From contig NC_068997.1 in the NCBI RefSeq assembly GCF_001194135.2, positions 40,390,335-40,424,817 on the forward strand: a stretch of 34,483 nucleotides of DNA, given 5' to 3'. Made by a program: the position numbers and the translations under genes. The notes under the pieces were generated by a model. That model worked only from the letters and a program-made list of their open reading frames with translations. It was not told the origin of the DNA and made no database searches. The stretch is from Octopus bimaculoides. Its lineage: Eukaryota. Shown here piece by piece: positions 10,956 to 21,749 of this stretch; the first letter of the stretch is position 1, and the number at the start of each line of letters is the position of its first letter.

Positions 10956-12593
10956 TATCTCTATAAATATATAAAAAAATATGTAAGAAATATATAAGAA
11001 ATATGAGTAAAAGGTATAAAGAGATATAAAGCTTGTACGTGGACACAATATAAAAAGCAGGTTCTATCTGTGATATCGGGGGGACCAAAAACATAGCAAA
11101 TGTTTAGTCACATGTGGACATGATCCGTAAAGTTCAGTTCTTGAATTTAGCTGCTTTTCCAGATGTTGTAACTGACACCTTTTTCTTTTAAGGACCATAT
11201 ATGACTGCATAATTTGGTCGTTTTGCTTTTATCCCAGTGCCTGAAGATCAAGGTATGGTTATTGAACCTGGCCTTGAAACTACCCTCTGTAAGGCCCACG
11301 TATTTCTTCGTCGAAGCCGTGTCCTTAGTGGATATAGAGCCCACGGTGGCTTCATAAATGATGGCCTCGGACATACAAGCTCTATTTAGCGAGCACAACT
11401 GTTTATCTTTGCATGAGCAGCTGGTTTCAATTTGTGGTTTTTGTGTGTTGTGTGCGATTATATTTTTAAAATTAGTAGTTGAGCTGAAAGTGATCTTTAA
11501 GTTATGTCTATAGTAAAACTTTCTGTAACTATAGTTGACTGCAAAATGTCTATCAGTGCTAAGAAATACTTGCCTATATTAAAGGTCACTTCGGGGAAGT
11601 AGGAGTGTGAATTGGATAGTTTTCCTATTCCTATGATTTCTTTCCTTTATTATTGGACTGGTGGCAGGTGTATAGGTTATTTCCATGCTAAATCCACTAT
11701 CTTTTAGAGACATTATATACTGGGCAACGCTGATAAAAATGTCCCTATCGGAGGAGAGGCCAGTAATTCTTTTGCTAATGTTTTGAACTAACTTTTTAAA
11801 CAGGAACTCACATTAACAAAAGCTAAGTCTATCGTTCGGCTTCCTATAAGGTTTATAAATATTCTTATTTAGATCTAAGGATACACCTAGGAAATTGACA
11901 ACCATCAGGTTGGTATCTGTAATTAAGTCCGAAAGTTTTCATCAATTGGATACTGTCATTCCTAAACCGATCCTGTGCTGGTCCATTGGTATTTGTGGTT
12001 AAAGCTAGGGCATCATCTTTGTAAATGGCGAAATATACGTCAGGAAGAGTCTTGCACAACGTATCGAGTAGGAATAGTCCAATAAGATCGTATATGCCTG
12101 CTCCATCATATGACCCTATGCTCAAATCGAAAGCACCCTCTGTATCGGTAGTCTTAACCTACTCTGCGTTCTCACTGAAGAGTATAGTCTTTCTAGCATG
12201 GAAGATTATGTCCTTATCTTCTGCACTGATTCCTATGAATTCGCTTGCGAAGGTGAGGGCCTTGTCTAGCAGTTCCTTAGAGATAGAGGCTGGTGTTGCT
12301 GGTGGTAATGATGATGATGGTAATGAAGAAGACGATGAATTGTCTTATTGGTCCCTAAATGTCCAAGACATTTTGGGCTAAACAATGAGAACAGTAAACA
12401 AGGAGCGAAATGGAAAGTGAATATCATGTAAAAAGAATGGGATCGACTAAATAAGAATGTTATTAATGAATATTAAATAATAAATAGAACAATATGGCTC
12501 GAACAAGGAAGAATTTACCAAATCAAAGAAACTGTATACTCTATTTTTCATCTTTTACGTGATTCAGTTATTAGACATACATATACATATATA

Positions 12594-12752
12594 CGGCGGG
12601 TTTCTTTCAGTTCCTGTCTACCAAATCTACTCACGGGATTTGGTCGACCCGAGGCTATAGTAGAAGACACTTACTGAAGGTGTCATGCAGTAGGACTAAA
12701 CACTGAACCATGTAGTTGGGAAGCAAGCTTCTGACCATGCAGCCACATCTGC
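12594..12752 (-). mobile_element. SINE family A, 5' half
   Basis: Reverse complement of the family A head/body (TTTCTTTCAGTTCCTGTCTACCAAATC...GGTCGACCCGAGGCTATAGTAGAAGACAC). Confidence 0.9.
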
Positions 12753-13157
12753 GAGACACCGTTACATTACAACCCCTAATTACCCTGGCAAAACAAATTC
12801 CTATCACATATTCTAGCTGACGGTCTATAAGCCACAAAATCAGTGTCGGCCAGTTCAGACACGTCTGTTTCACTAACATTTCATAAAATATACTTGAGGA
12901 GAAAATTTTTCTTCTCAAATGGTTTTCAAGGAGTGTTCGCCTGAAAGGAAGTGCTCTGTGCGCAAACTTTTCAGCCGTGTATAAGAGTTTCTCTAGAAAA
13001 ACAATGCCTTTCCGAGGACACTACTTAGACGTCGACGCTCACAAATGTTGACTGACCAGAATCGCATACATCCTAACTTTACTCGTCATAGAATGCAACG
13101 GCCGATTTCCTATCGATCAAATAGTTCATTTAGATGCATGTACATATTTTGTTTTAA

Positions 13158-13535
13158 TATAAAAGATGGGCTACAGCAAATATTCTGCTCAATACGACAT
13201 ATTTGCTTGTTAGTTGTTTGGCCTTAACCAGTTGAGCAAAAGTAGTGGGGAGGGGTATCATAGTTGAGAGGAATTCTTCGGGGTTTGGATAATTCACCAT
13301 TGGAAACATGGGTATTTTGTTCATCATCCTTAAACAAACCTTATTCAGGGACCTTTTGACCTGAATGGGCTACTCAACCGGGAAAAATTGTAACTGGGTG
13401 CCACCTGCAAGCTCATGCGCTGTTTATCTTGTTATGAAATCAGTATGTCGCGCACAAATGGTTGTGATGCATGTGCCTGGTGTACCCTTATCAGATGGGT
13501 AGTCGTGATGGGTGGTATGCACTGCTCTTTCACGC
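13158..13535. mobile_element. Unclassified interspersed repeat (family D) ending in (TAA)n
   Basis: Inverted partial copy at 27318-27469: AGCAAATATTCTGCTCAATA matches TATTGAGCAGAATATTTGCT and GTTGAGAGGAATTCTT matches AAGAATCCCTCTCAAC. Confidence 0.7.
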
Positions 13536-13560
13536 AATAATAATAATAATAATAATAATG

Positions 13561-13616
<56 letters not shown>
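13536..13616. repeat. (TAA)n microsatellite
   Basis: Direct reading. Confidence 0.95.
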
Positions 13617-13850
13617 CAGTAAATATAAAGACTTGCTAATAAAAATTGAAAAGATGTGGAACCTCAAGGCGACTACCCTACCAGTGATTGTAGGATCTCT
13701 AGGAATGATTAAAAAAAAAATGGTGCTGAAACTTATTTGAAAATGATACCAGGCTTACCATCCCTACAGGAAGTGCAAAAACCGTGTTAACTGGAGCGAC
13801 TCATGTACTGAGAAGAGCATTATCGCTGTGAAAACAACATCCATTCATGA
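13617..13850 (+). mobile_element. R4/Dong-clade LINE 3' fragment (C-terminus of the restriction-like endonuclease region)
   Basis: SKYKDLLIKIEKMWNLKATTLPVIVGSLGMIKK..GAETYLKMIPGLPSLQEVQ..VLTGATHVLRRALSL* (stop 13829-13831) after frameshift repair; typical R4/Dong ORF end; starts directly after (TAA)n. Confidence 0.85.
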
Positions 13851-13992
13851 TTTTTTTTTATTTATTATTATTTTTTTTAATACATATTTTACCTGTGAAT
13901 TTGCGTGTGTAAACTGGGAATGCATACAATGAGGTGTACGGAAAACACTCGGCGAGAAATGGAAGAAAATTTGAAGAAAGAANNNNNNNNNN

Positions 13993-14050
<58 letters not shown>

Positions 14051-16741
14051 CATGTCTTTCTGTGCCAACATGCTACATTCACTTACAATGTGAATGAAGC
14101 TTTCCTGTTTTGATTTTCATAATCTACATTAGGAATCTACTTGGTTTTTGTCTATCTTGGCTTTTATCCAATTAGTCCTTAATGCTTGATCTTGTGCAGC
14201 TACTAATAAACTTTCTGTCTCCCTCTTCAGCTTTCCTTTCTGCAACTATAACCATGTCTCAGTATTACCATTTGCTGAAACTATCTTTGAGAATCTACCA
14301 TGCAACGCCTTGTCCTGCCAGTCAGATAATTTCTGTCCCTGTTTCTGGTTTTGAACTTCGTTTGGGTTTTTAGTTTCCCCATATCCTGCTGTAACTCTAG
14401 CAGCTTTTAATAAACTTTCTTCACTATTTTCTACACAGGAGTCTATATCTACTCTCTTTAACTCCTCGCAGTCTTCTACCCTCTTCTGCCTTCCTTTCTT
14501 AGTAGGTATAATCTTGCTATTCCTGCCCTTGGGTGCAGTCCTCCATTCATATTGAATTCCTTCCTAGTTCTTCTGTTTAACTTTACTAATTAAGTTTTTG
14601 TCCAATGTACAAAAGCTGCTAAGTATCTAAGTAATGATAATGCCCAAGTATTTACAGCCTTCACTAGATTCGAACCATTTAGCTTTAACTTCATTAGCTT
14701 CCTCACCCTTCTGATGTACTCCTCAATTTTTGTTTTCTTTTCTGTTGTTAGTACCCTGTCAGATTCTAATACTCCTAGATACTTATAACTCTCTGCTCCT
14801 TTCAATGATTTTAATGTCTGGCCATCTGGTAATTGTATGCCTTCGCTGTTGATTACCTGTCCCCTTCTCATGACTAATATTGCACACTTATTTATGCCAA
14901 ATTCCATGCCTATATCTTTGCTGAAGTGCCTTACAGTCTCTATTAATGAATTTATCGCTTCAGATCATTTTCCGATCGCTTCAGATCATCCGTGTAGATC
15001 AAATCGTTAATTTTTCCCTAGCTACTTCTGAACTAATAGTCTGCCTTTATCTTCCTTAATGCTAAATTTAGTGGGATCAAATATAAGACAAATATTAAAG
15101 GGTACAACAACTCCCCCTGCAAAAATTCCTCATTTGATATTAACTTTCCCTAACAGTGCATCACCTGAGTAGAACTCTACTTCCCATTTCTTCATGCTAC
15201 AGCTAATAAATTCTCTTATGTTGTCTGCTATGTTGATTATACTCAAATATTTACCTATCCATGAGTGTGAGATCATATCGTACGCTTTCCTTTAGTTAAT
15301 CCCTACTATTGTTAGATTTTTCTTTCTAGCTTTCACTTCATTTATAACTGCTTTGTCTATAAATAATAGATCATGCGTTTCTCTAGCCTTCTTCTTTTAA
15401 CCTTTTTGTTCTTCTGGCAGTAAATTCTGAAAGTATTACTGTTAACAGCTTCCACACTAATAGTAAGTAAGTGATTGGTCTATAGTTGCTAGCTGTATAG
15501 CCCTTGCCCTTATCTTTCACATTGAGTATTGTCCTTCCGCTAGTCATCCAATCTGGTATTATTCCTTCTTATGTTGTTCCCTCAGCCTCCCTTGTAAACT
15601 ACTAAATTTATTTAGCCAGTACTCTTGTACTAAATCTGGTCCTGAGTCCTTCCAATTCGGCATGTATGGATTTCATATTATATTTTTTCTTTAATTTTCG
15701 GGGTTTTGTAAGTTTGATAGTTCTGTCATACTTATGGTTTTTCAAACATTCTATGTCAGAGCAAGTAGCTTAATTTGGTGCTGAATACACTCTTACCAAG
15801 AAGGCTTTTTGTGGGAATGTTGCCGTTTTCTAATCTTTTCACCGCATAGAATCGTTGAGATTTTCGCGGATGCATAGTACGGGTGGTTGAGATCTGTAAT
15901 ATCAACATCATTAGCTGAAATTATATCCTTAAGTGCAAGGCGGATTTTACCAATTATTTTCAGGTTTTAGTTAGAATTGCGAATTTTTGGGAGCGTATCA
16001 CGTTCATCCATACTGGTTTCTTTAATTTTCAGCCATTCAATCATGATTTGATTTTTTATATCATTTAGTTCAGTTGGGTCAATTTCTGTGTGACTTTCTT
16101 CATCTATTGATTTTCATCTGCCTTGGTGTTTATGGTTGGTTCAGAGAGTATTTCACTTTGCCTATCAATTACATTAACTCTTTCAATTATTACTGCATTT
16201 TCATCAGCCCTGGGCTGGTCTGTAATCACTTCCTTTGTAATGTCTTCTTTAGCTGCAGCTTCGTTCTTTTTATCCCTTACTGTTTGTTTAATTTGGTCAA
16301 TCTCTACTTCAGTCAGTAATTTAATTTTTTCTTCATGTTTCTTCTGACTTTGGCAAGTTTGTTACTGTCTTACTTCAGGGTGTTTCTGTCTCCAGTTTAA
16401 GTAGGTTTGTACAGTATTAGATTTACCTGTGGAGAAATATATGGTATGGTAGAAAGCCGTAAGAACTTCTTTATTATCTTCCTTAGACCATTTTTCATTC
16501 ATTTTCTTTTGGTTATTTTATGACAAGCGTAGATGGCCATCTGTTGGAATATTCCGGTTGTGGGGTATTACCAGCTCCTGTGTATCGGGAAGATTTGAAC
16601 CAGTAGCTGATTTTTCGCCTCGAATCTGGTTCAACATTCAAGTACGTGGTCTTTTGTAATCCGGTCGATGTCCATTCCGGTTTTGTATTTTGCTTTGTTA
16701 ACAGTGAGGCATGACGAGCTTCGACGTTGACATTAGGGGAC

Positions 16742-16742
<1 letters not shown>
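14051..16742 (-). mobile_element. R4/Dong-clade LINE: 5' UTR, N-terminal domain, RT and start of CCHC motif; 3' end absent
   Basis: MNEKWSKEDNKEVLTAFY...; WKLLTVIL..LLPEEQKG..LFIDKAV..RKAYDMISHSWI..GIFQG..LIYTDDLK; MEFGINKCAIL..YKYLGVLE..LNGSNLVKAVNTWA; LHPRAGIARLYL..LHGRF..LKRETESLLVAAQDQALRTNWIKAKID..CRL..HIVSECSMLAQK. Flanked by (TTA)n at 13993-14050 and 16743-16794. Confidence 0.92.
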
Positions 16743-16795
<53 letters not shown>

Positions 16796-17094
16796 GAAGA
16801 AAAAGTGAAAGGCTTCTCTAAAATTAACAAGCTTCATAGCTACTAGCTTGACAAAAAAATGAAATATACTGATCACGTTACATAATCTTCCGTAGTATAT
16901 ACAAATATGTGTGAATGCTTGATGGTTGTCCACTTAACATCTAATGTGATCACACTTTCGTTTTTGTCAGTATTTTTCACGGTTCATGAACCTGTAGCTG
17001 TGATATCAATACCACCTGTGAGCGAGGTTTGATTGCATACACTAATTTATGAAACTTCTGCATGTCACCCAAAGCCTTCTTACCAACTAACTTG

Positions 17095-17125
17095 AAAAAA
17101 ATCGCATTGTAGACAAAAGTTGTAT

Positions 17126-17166
<41 letters not shown>

Positions 17167-17220
17167 CGAGAGAGAGAGAAAGAGAGGGAAAGAGAGAGAG
17201 AGAGACACACACACACACAT
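17095..17220. repeat. (GA)n/(CA)n microsatellite
   Basis: Direct reading (tract proper ~17126-17219). Confidence 0.85.
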
Positions 17221-17599
17221 TACCCAATGGTATCTCTATGTGTGTTTGTTGATATGATATATGCTTGCGCTGCACACAATCGGCTTTTTGAGAAAAACAA
17301 CGAGTTTTTGAATGCGCATAAAGATGAGATACCCACAGCCTGCCAAAGTCTCTCTTCTTTCAATTCACAGTTGTCCCTCTTCCAGACCTTCCCAAACCAA
17401 AAACGAGTCCATAATGCAGTTGGAATTTGAATTCATCATTTTCACACCCAGAATTACGTCACACGCACAAAGACTCGTCTCTTACATGGATGCCCTGACA
17501 AGAACTAGGGCTCCAACATTTCCAAAGTAGAATTGCAGTGCACTCTTTCATCTTTAATTGAGTTCATTCGTTCATTTTGCAAGACTTGTTTTAGAACAG

Positions 17600-17682
17600 A
17601 TGGCCTTCTAGCAACTATCCTCACCAGGCTAGACTGATGGACATGAAGGAGTGGTCGCTGACAACATGACCACGTAACAGGT
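17600..17682 (+). repeat. Diverged copy of the structured leader seen at 30321-30410
   Basis: Ungapped manual alignment from TCCTCACCA through GGTCGC.GA..A...GACCA.G..ACA.GT, about 60% identical; hairpin GTGGTC/GACCAC is conserved. Confidence 0.55.
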
Positions 17683-17721
17683 AATTTATACATACATACA
17701 TACATACATACCCTGTTGTTG

Positions 17722-18105
17722 ATGTTGAAATTCCAATGAAGGAACCTTGGATCTAGGTTAGAAACTGGGTCGTTCTCTATTGGCAAGAAATCTTGAAATA
17801 AACTGAATAATGACATACAGATCCATACAGATCCATACAGATCCATACAGATCCAATCCATCACTGGAACTGTAAAAATCAGTAAGACTTTCCAGAAGTT
17901 TATCATTTTCGTATATATGAGTATGTGTACATGTGCGACTATATGCATGAGAATACATAGATAAAACATGACATACAAATCAGCACGTATAGATGCATAC
18001 ATACAAAACTACCATGATGATGTTGTTGAAATTCCAATAAAGAAGCATTGGATCTAGGTCAGAAACCGGCTCTTTCTCTATTAGCAAGAAATCCTGATAT
18101 AAAAT
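17722..18105 (+). repeat. Two direct copies (~85 bp, ~300 bp apart) of an unclassified repeat (family E), with (ATCCATACAG)n between them
   Basis: GTTGAAATTCCAAT.AAG.A.C.TTGGATCTAGGT.AGAAAC.GG.TC.TT.CTCTATT.GCAAGAAATC at ~17724 and ~18025. Confidence 0.85.
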
Positions 18106-18224
18106 TCCATGGTATACATATATACACATACATACACACATATACACACATACACACAAACACATACACATAAGAACACACACGCACACGCGCACGCGCG
18201 CGCACAAAAACACACACACACACA

Positions 18225-18375
18225 AAATCAAAAAAAGCCAAAACGACGTACACATGGAATGCATTAAGTTGACACTCAGTTTAAGATGCCAACACTTAGG
18301 GTGTTTTTAACGTTTCGAGCAGAGATCTCAGTCAGAAAGAGGAAAGAGAAAAGGTTCGGCCACGTAACAGGTTAT
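18225..18375 (-). mobile_element. Non-autonomous repeat (family F) carrying a degenerate hammerhead-like motif, probably PLE-derived
   Basis: Homologous to 24722-24860 (GTTGAC.CTC.GTTTAAGATG...AACGTTTCGAGCAGAGATCT..GTCAGAAAGAGGAAA). Minus strand reads TTT-CTGACTGAGATCTCTGCTC-GAAACGTT-AAA. Confidence 0.65.
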
Positions 18376-18536
18376 TGCATGTCACCCTTACCAGAAGCTC
18401 GCCAAGTGATCATATACATTTATGCAAACATATATACATACATACATACATACACGTAAACATACAAACATGCACACATACATACATACATTCATACATA
18501 CTTATGCACACACACGCACATACACACACACACACA

Positions 18537-18771
18537 CAGTGTACAAAAAGTCTCTCCGCAGTGAATTTTTTTTCATCTTGTGCATCACCATGGCGCTACT
18601 TCAAAGATTTTTTCAGTGAACGGATTATTTCGAAGGGACTTTGGTCACGAAGATAACCTCATTTAACACCGCTAGACTTTTTGTCTGGGGGGCAAGTAAA
18701 AGATCAGTGAACAAGGATCGCCCGAAAACCATTAAATATTTAATGCCGAGAGACGTTTTGGATACCCTATA
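18537..18771 (+). mobile_element. Tc1/mariner-superfamily transposase remnant (WPPRSPDLTPLDFFLWG-type, rosa/DD41D-like), internally deleted, runs into gap
   Basis: After frameshift repair: FFSERIISKGLWSRR*PHLTPLDFFVWGQVKDQ.NKDRPKTI. A possible TIR start CAGTGTACAAAAAGTC lies at 18537. Subfamily assignment is tentative. Confidence 0.75.
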
Positions 18772-19539
18772 NNNNNNNNNNNNNNNNNNNNNNNNNNNNN
18801 NNNNNNNNNNNNNNNNNNNNNNNNNNNNNNNNNNNNNNNNNNNNNNNNNNNNNNNNNNNNNNNNNNNNNNNNNNNNNNNNNNNNNNNNNNNNNNNNNNNN
18901 NNNNNNNNNNNNNNNNNNNNNNNNNNNNNNNNNNNNNNNNNNNNNNNNNNNNNNNNNNNNNNNNNNNNNNNNNNNNNNNNNNNNNNNNNNNNNNNNNNNN
19001 NNNNNNNNNNNNNNNNNNNNNNNNNNNNNNNNNNNNNNNNNNNNNNNNNNNNNNNNNNNNNNNNNNNNNNNNNNNNNNNNNNNNNNNNNNNNNNNNNNNN
19101 NNNNNNNNNNNNNNNNNNNNNNNNNNNNNGGGGGGTTGTGAATTATCCCGATATATGTATATATATATATACGTACATATACATGCCGATAAAGACAAAG
19201 AACTGCTGACCAAATGGAACGATGATGTTCTATCAAGGCGCAGAGAATAGGAGACCAAATGAAAGAATGGTCATCCATAAGGGATACTGAGAAACTAAGC
19301 GATTTTTATCTGTTCCTCTTAGGAAAGCAGAAGTCTACAACATTGTAGAGAAGGCAGGAGGAGGGATGACTGTTATGCTGTGACTTTCTTTACTGTCCAA
19401 AGCTGGAATAAAAATGTCATGTGATTTCTCTTGGCTAAACTTTTGCACTAAACTCCTCGCTTTTGATGTTACATCAGCTAGACATCGCAATCTTTATTTG
19501 AGATGAATACACTGACACACATAAATACATACACACATG

Positions 19540-19752
19540 CATACCTATAATATATCTAGTGAAATACATACATACCTACGTCCGTACATACATACATACA
19601 TGCATATATGCACACAAATATACACCAATACATGACAAAAATATATACACATGCACAAAAGGTTTGTCTTGAACGAATTCAAACACCATACACACACGCA
19701 CACACACCTTCAGACATCTATTTAAATGTGCACAAAGGGACAAGTACAAATG

Positions 19753-19797
<45 letters not shown>

Positions 19798-19807
19798 NNN
19801 NNNNNNN

Positions 19808-19855
<48 letters not shown>

Positions 19856-20101
19856 GAGGATAAACGTACAAACACATGTACAGAAACTTCAAGCTCATAG
19901 AAAGATATTCAGACAAAGAACACACAGAGGAAAACATACACACACACCTACACACACAAACAAATAAATAAATAAGAAGCACATACAGACAGATTTTTAG
20001 CAAAATATTCATTGCAAGAAGGAAAAAAATATAACATGGTTATGTTGGTAAAGCGAGGTATGTGTGCATGTGTGTGTGTGTGCGTGAGTGTGCGTGTGTG
20101 T

Positions 20102-20149
<48 letters not shown>

Positions 20150-20381
20150 GAGGTGAACAGAGGGCTACAAAACATCAGAAATGCTAAGAACCACAACAGT
20201 AACAACGATACAACAACAATGAAAATGATGACGATGTTCGATGACGATGATGATGATGATGAAGATGAGGATAAGACAAAACTAACAGTAAGACACAAGC
20301 TTACATACGTGCACTCAAACACACACATATATATACACATATATACATATAAGTATATTATATATATACTAGCATACATAC

Positions 20382-20424
<43 letters not shown>

Positions 20425-20462
20425 TACATATAAGTATATTATATATATACAAGCATACATAC

Positions 20463-20511
<49 letters not shown>

Positions 20512-21075
20512 NNNNNNNNNNNNNNNNNNNNNNNNNNNNNNNNNNNNNNNNNNNNNNNNNNNNNNNNNNNNNNNNNNNNNNNNNNNNNNNNNNNNNNNNN
20601 NNNNNNNNNNNNNNNNNNNNNNNNNNNNNNNNNNNNNNNNNNNNNNNNNNNNNNNNNNNNNNNNNNNNNNNNNNNNNNNNNNNNNNNNNNNNNNNNNNNN
20701 NNNNNNNNNNNNNNNNNNNNNNNNNNNNNNNNNNNNNNNNNNNNNNNNNNNNNNNNNNNNNNNNNNNNNNNNNNNNNNNNNNNNNNNNNNNNNNNNNNNN
20801 NNNNNNNNNNNNNNNNNNNNNNNNNNNNNNNNNNNNNNNNNNNNNNNNNNNNNNNNNNNNNNNNNNNNNNNNNNNNNNNNNNNNNNNNNNNNNNNNNNNN
20901 NNNNNNNNNNNNNNNNNNNNNNNNNNNNNNNNNNNNNNNNNNNNNNNNNNNNTATATATATATATATATACATACATACATACATACATACATACATACA
21001 TACAAACATACATACATACATACATACATACATACATACATACATACATACATACATACAAACATACATACATAC
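19540..21075. repeat. Microsatellite/low-complexity block: (CA)n, (TG)n, (GAT)n, (TA)n, (CATA)n, with gaps
   Basis: Direct reading; includes a ~75-bp local duplication at ~20330-20480. Confidence 0.9.
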
Positions 21076-21410
21076 ATAAAACATAAATATTTCAAATTGT
21101 GAAACTTAGTGAAAGAAAAGAAGACAATGGTTAAGAAAAAAAAAGAGAAAACATCCAAAAACCCATCAGTTGGACGTGGCCAAGTTTTCAGTGTAAAACA
21201 GTGTAACAAATGTCATTAGTTGTAAAGATCTTTGACCTGATAAACTCAACAAGCCCGGCTTCTGCGATCGTCAGTCGTTTATCTACTTTAATTGTCAGTC
21301 GCAGTAGTCACGGGCTCAGAGAAAACATTTAAAAATAAGAATATAACGAAAGATAAAAATGAAAACTAAAAAAAGAAACATATAAGATATATATGTATAT
21401 ATATATGTAT

Positions 21411-21451
<41 letters not shown>

Positions 21452-21667
21452 CAGTAAGCAGCACTTAAGTTCTTTGTGATGTATTTTATCAATAAACAAT
21501 GGCCGGAACCGTGAAGTTGTTGTCAATAAGAAATATATAACAAGTTTGTCAACAATAATCATATTTAATTTACAGCATGTCTTCAACATGATAAGGAGGA
21601 TATACACGGAATTTGCCCTTTCTAACTGTTTTATTACATTTCACTTACTTTCCTTTCCTGTTTTCTC

Positions 21668-21749
21668 TTTCTTCTTCTTCTTCTTCTTCTTCTTCTTCTT
21701 CTTCTTCTTCTTCTTCTTCTTCTTCTTCTTCTTCTTCTTCTTCTTCTTC
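21668..21749. repeat. (CTT)n microsatellite at gap edge
   Basis: Direct reading. Confidence 0.95.

Larger units (their letters stand above)
10006..12293 (-). mobile_element. Penelope-like element (PLE): 5'-truncated RT + GIY-YIG pseudogene (~11085-12293) with inferred 3' region to ~10006
   Basis: Minus strand gives SISKELLDKALTFASEF...DKDIIFHARKTILF...FDLSIGSYDGAGIYDLIGLFLL...YKDDALA...VVNFLGVSLDLN...YKPYRKPND, then CSCKDKQLCSLNRACMSEAIIYEATV...KKYVGLTEGSFKARFNNH...LCSHIWSLKE, ending LNSRTELYGSCPH. Frameshifted. Assigning 10006-11085 to the same element is inference. Confidence 0.9.

Noticed and set aside
17811-17855. CRISPR-like or functional array in (ATCCATACAG)n and other short repeats
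   Set aside because: Spacerless tandem repeats in eukaryotic DNA; no cas genes.
21490-21530. GGCCGGAACCGTG as another hammerhead half
   Set aside because: No CUGANGA core or stem II upstream.
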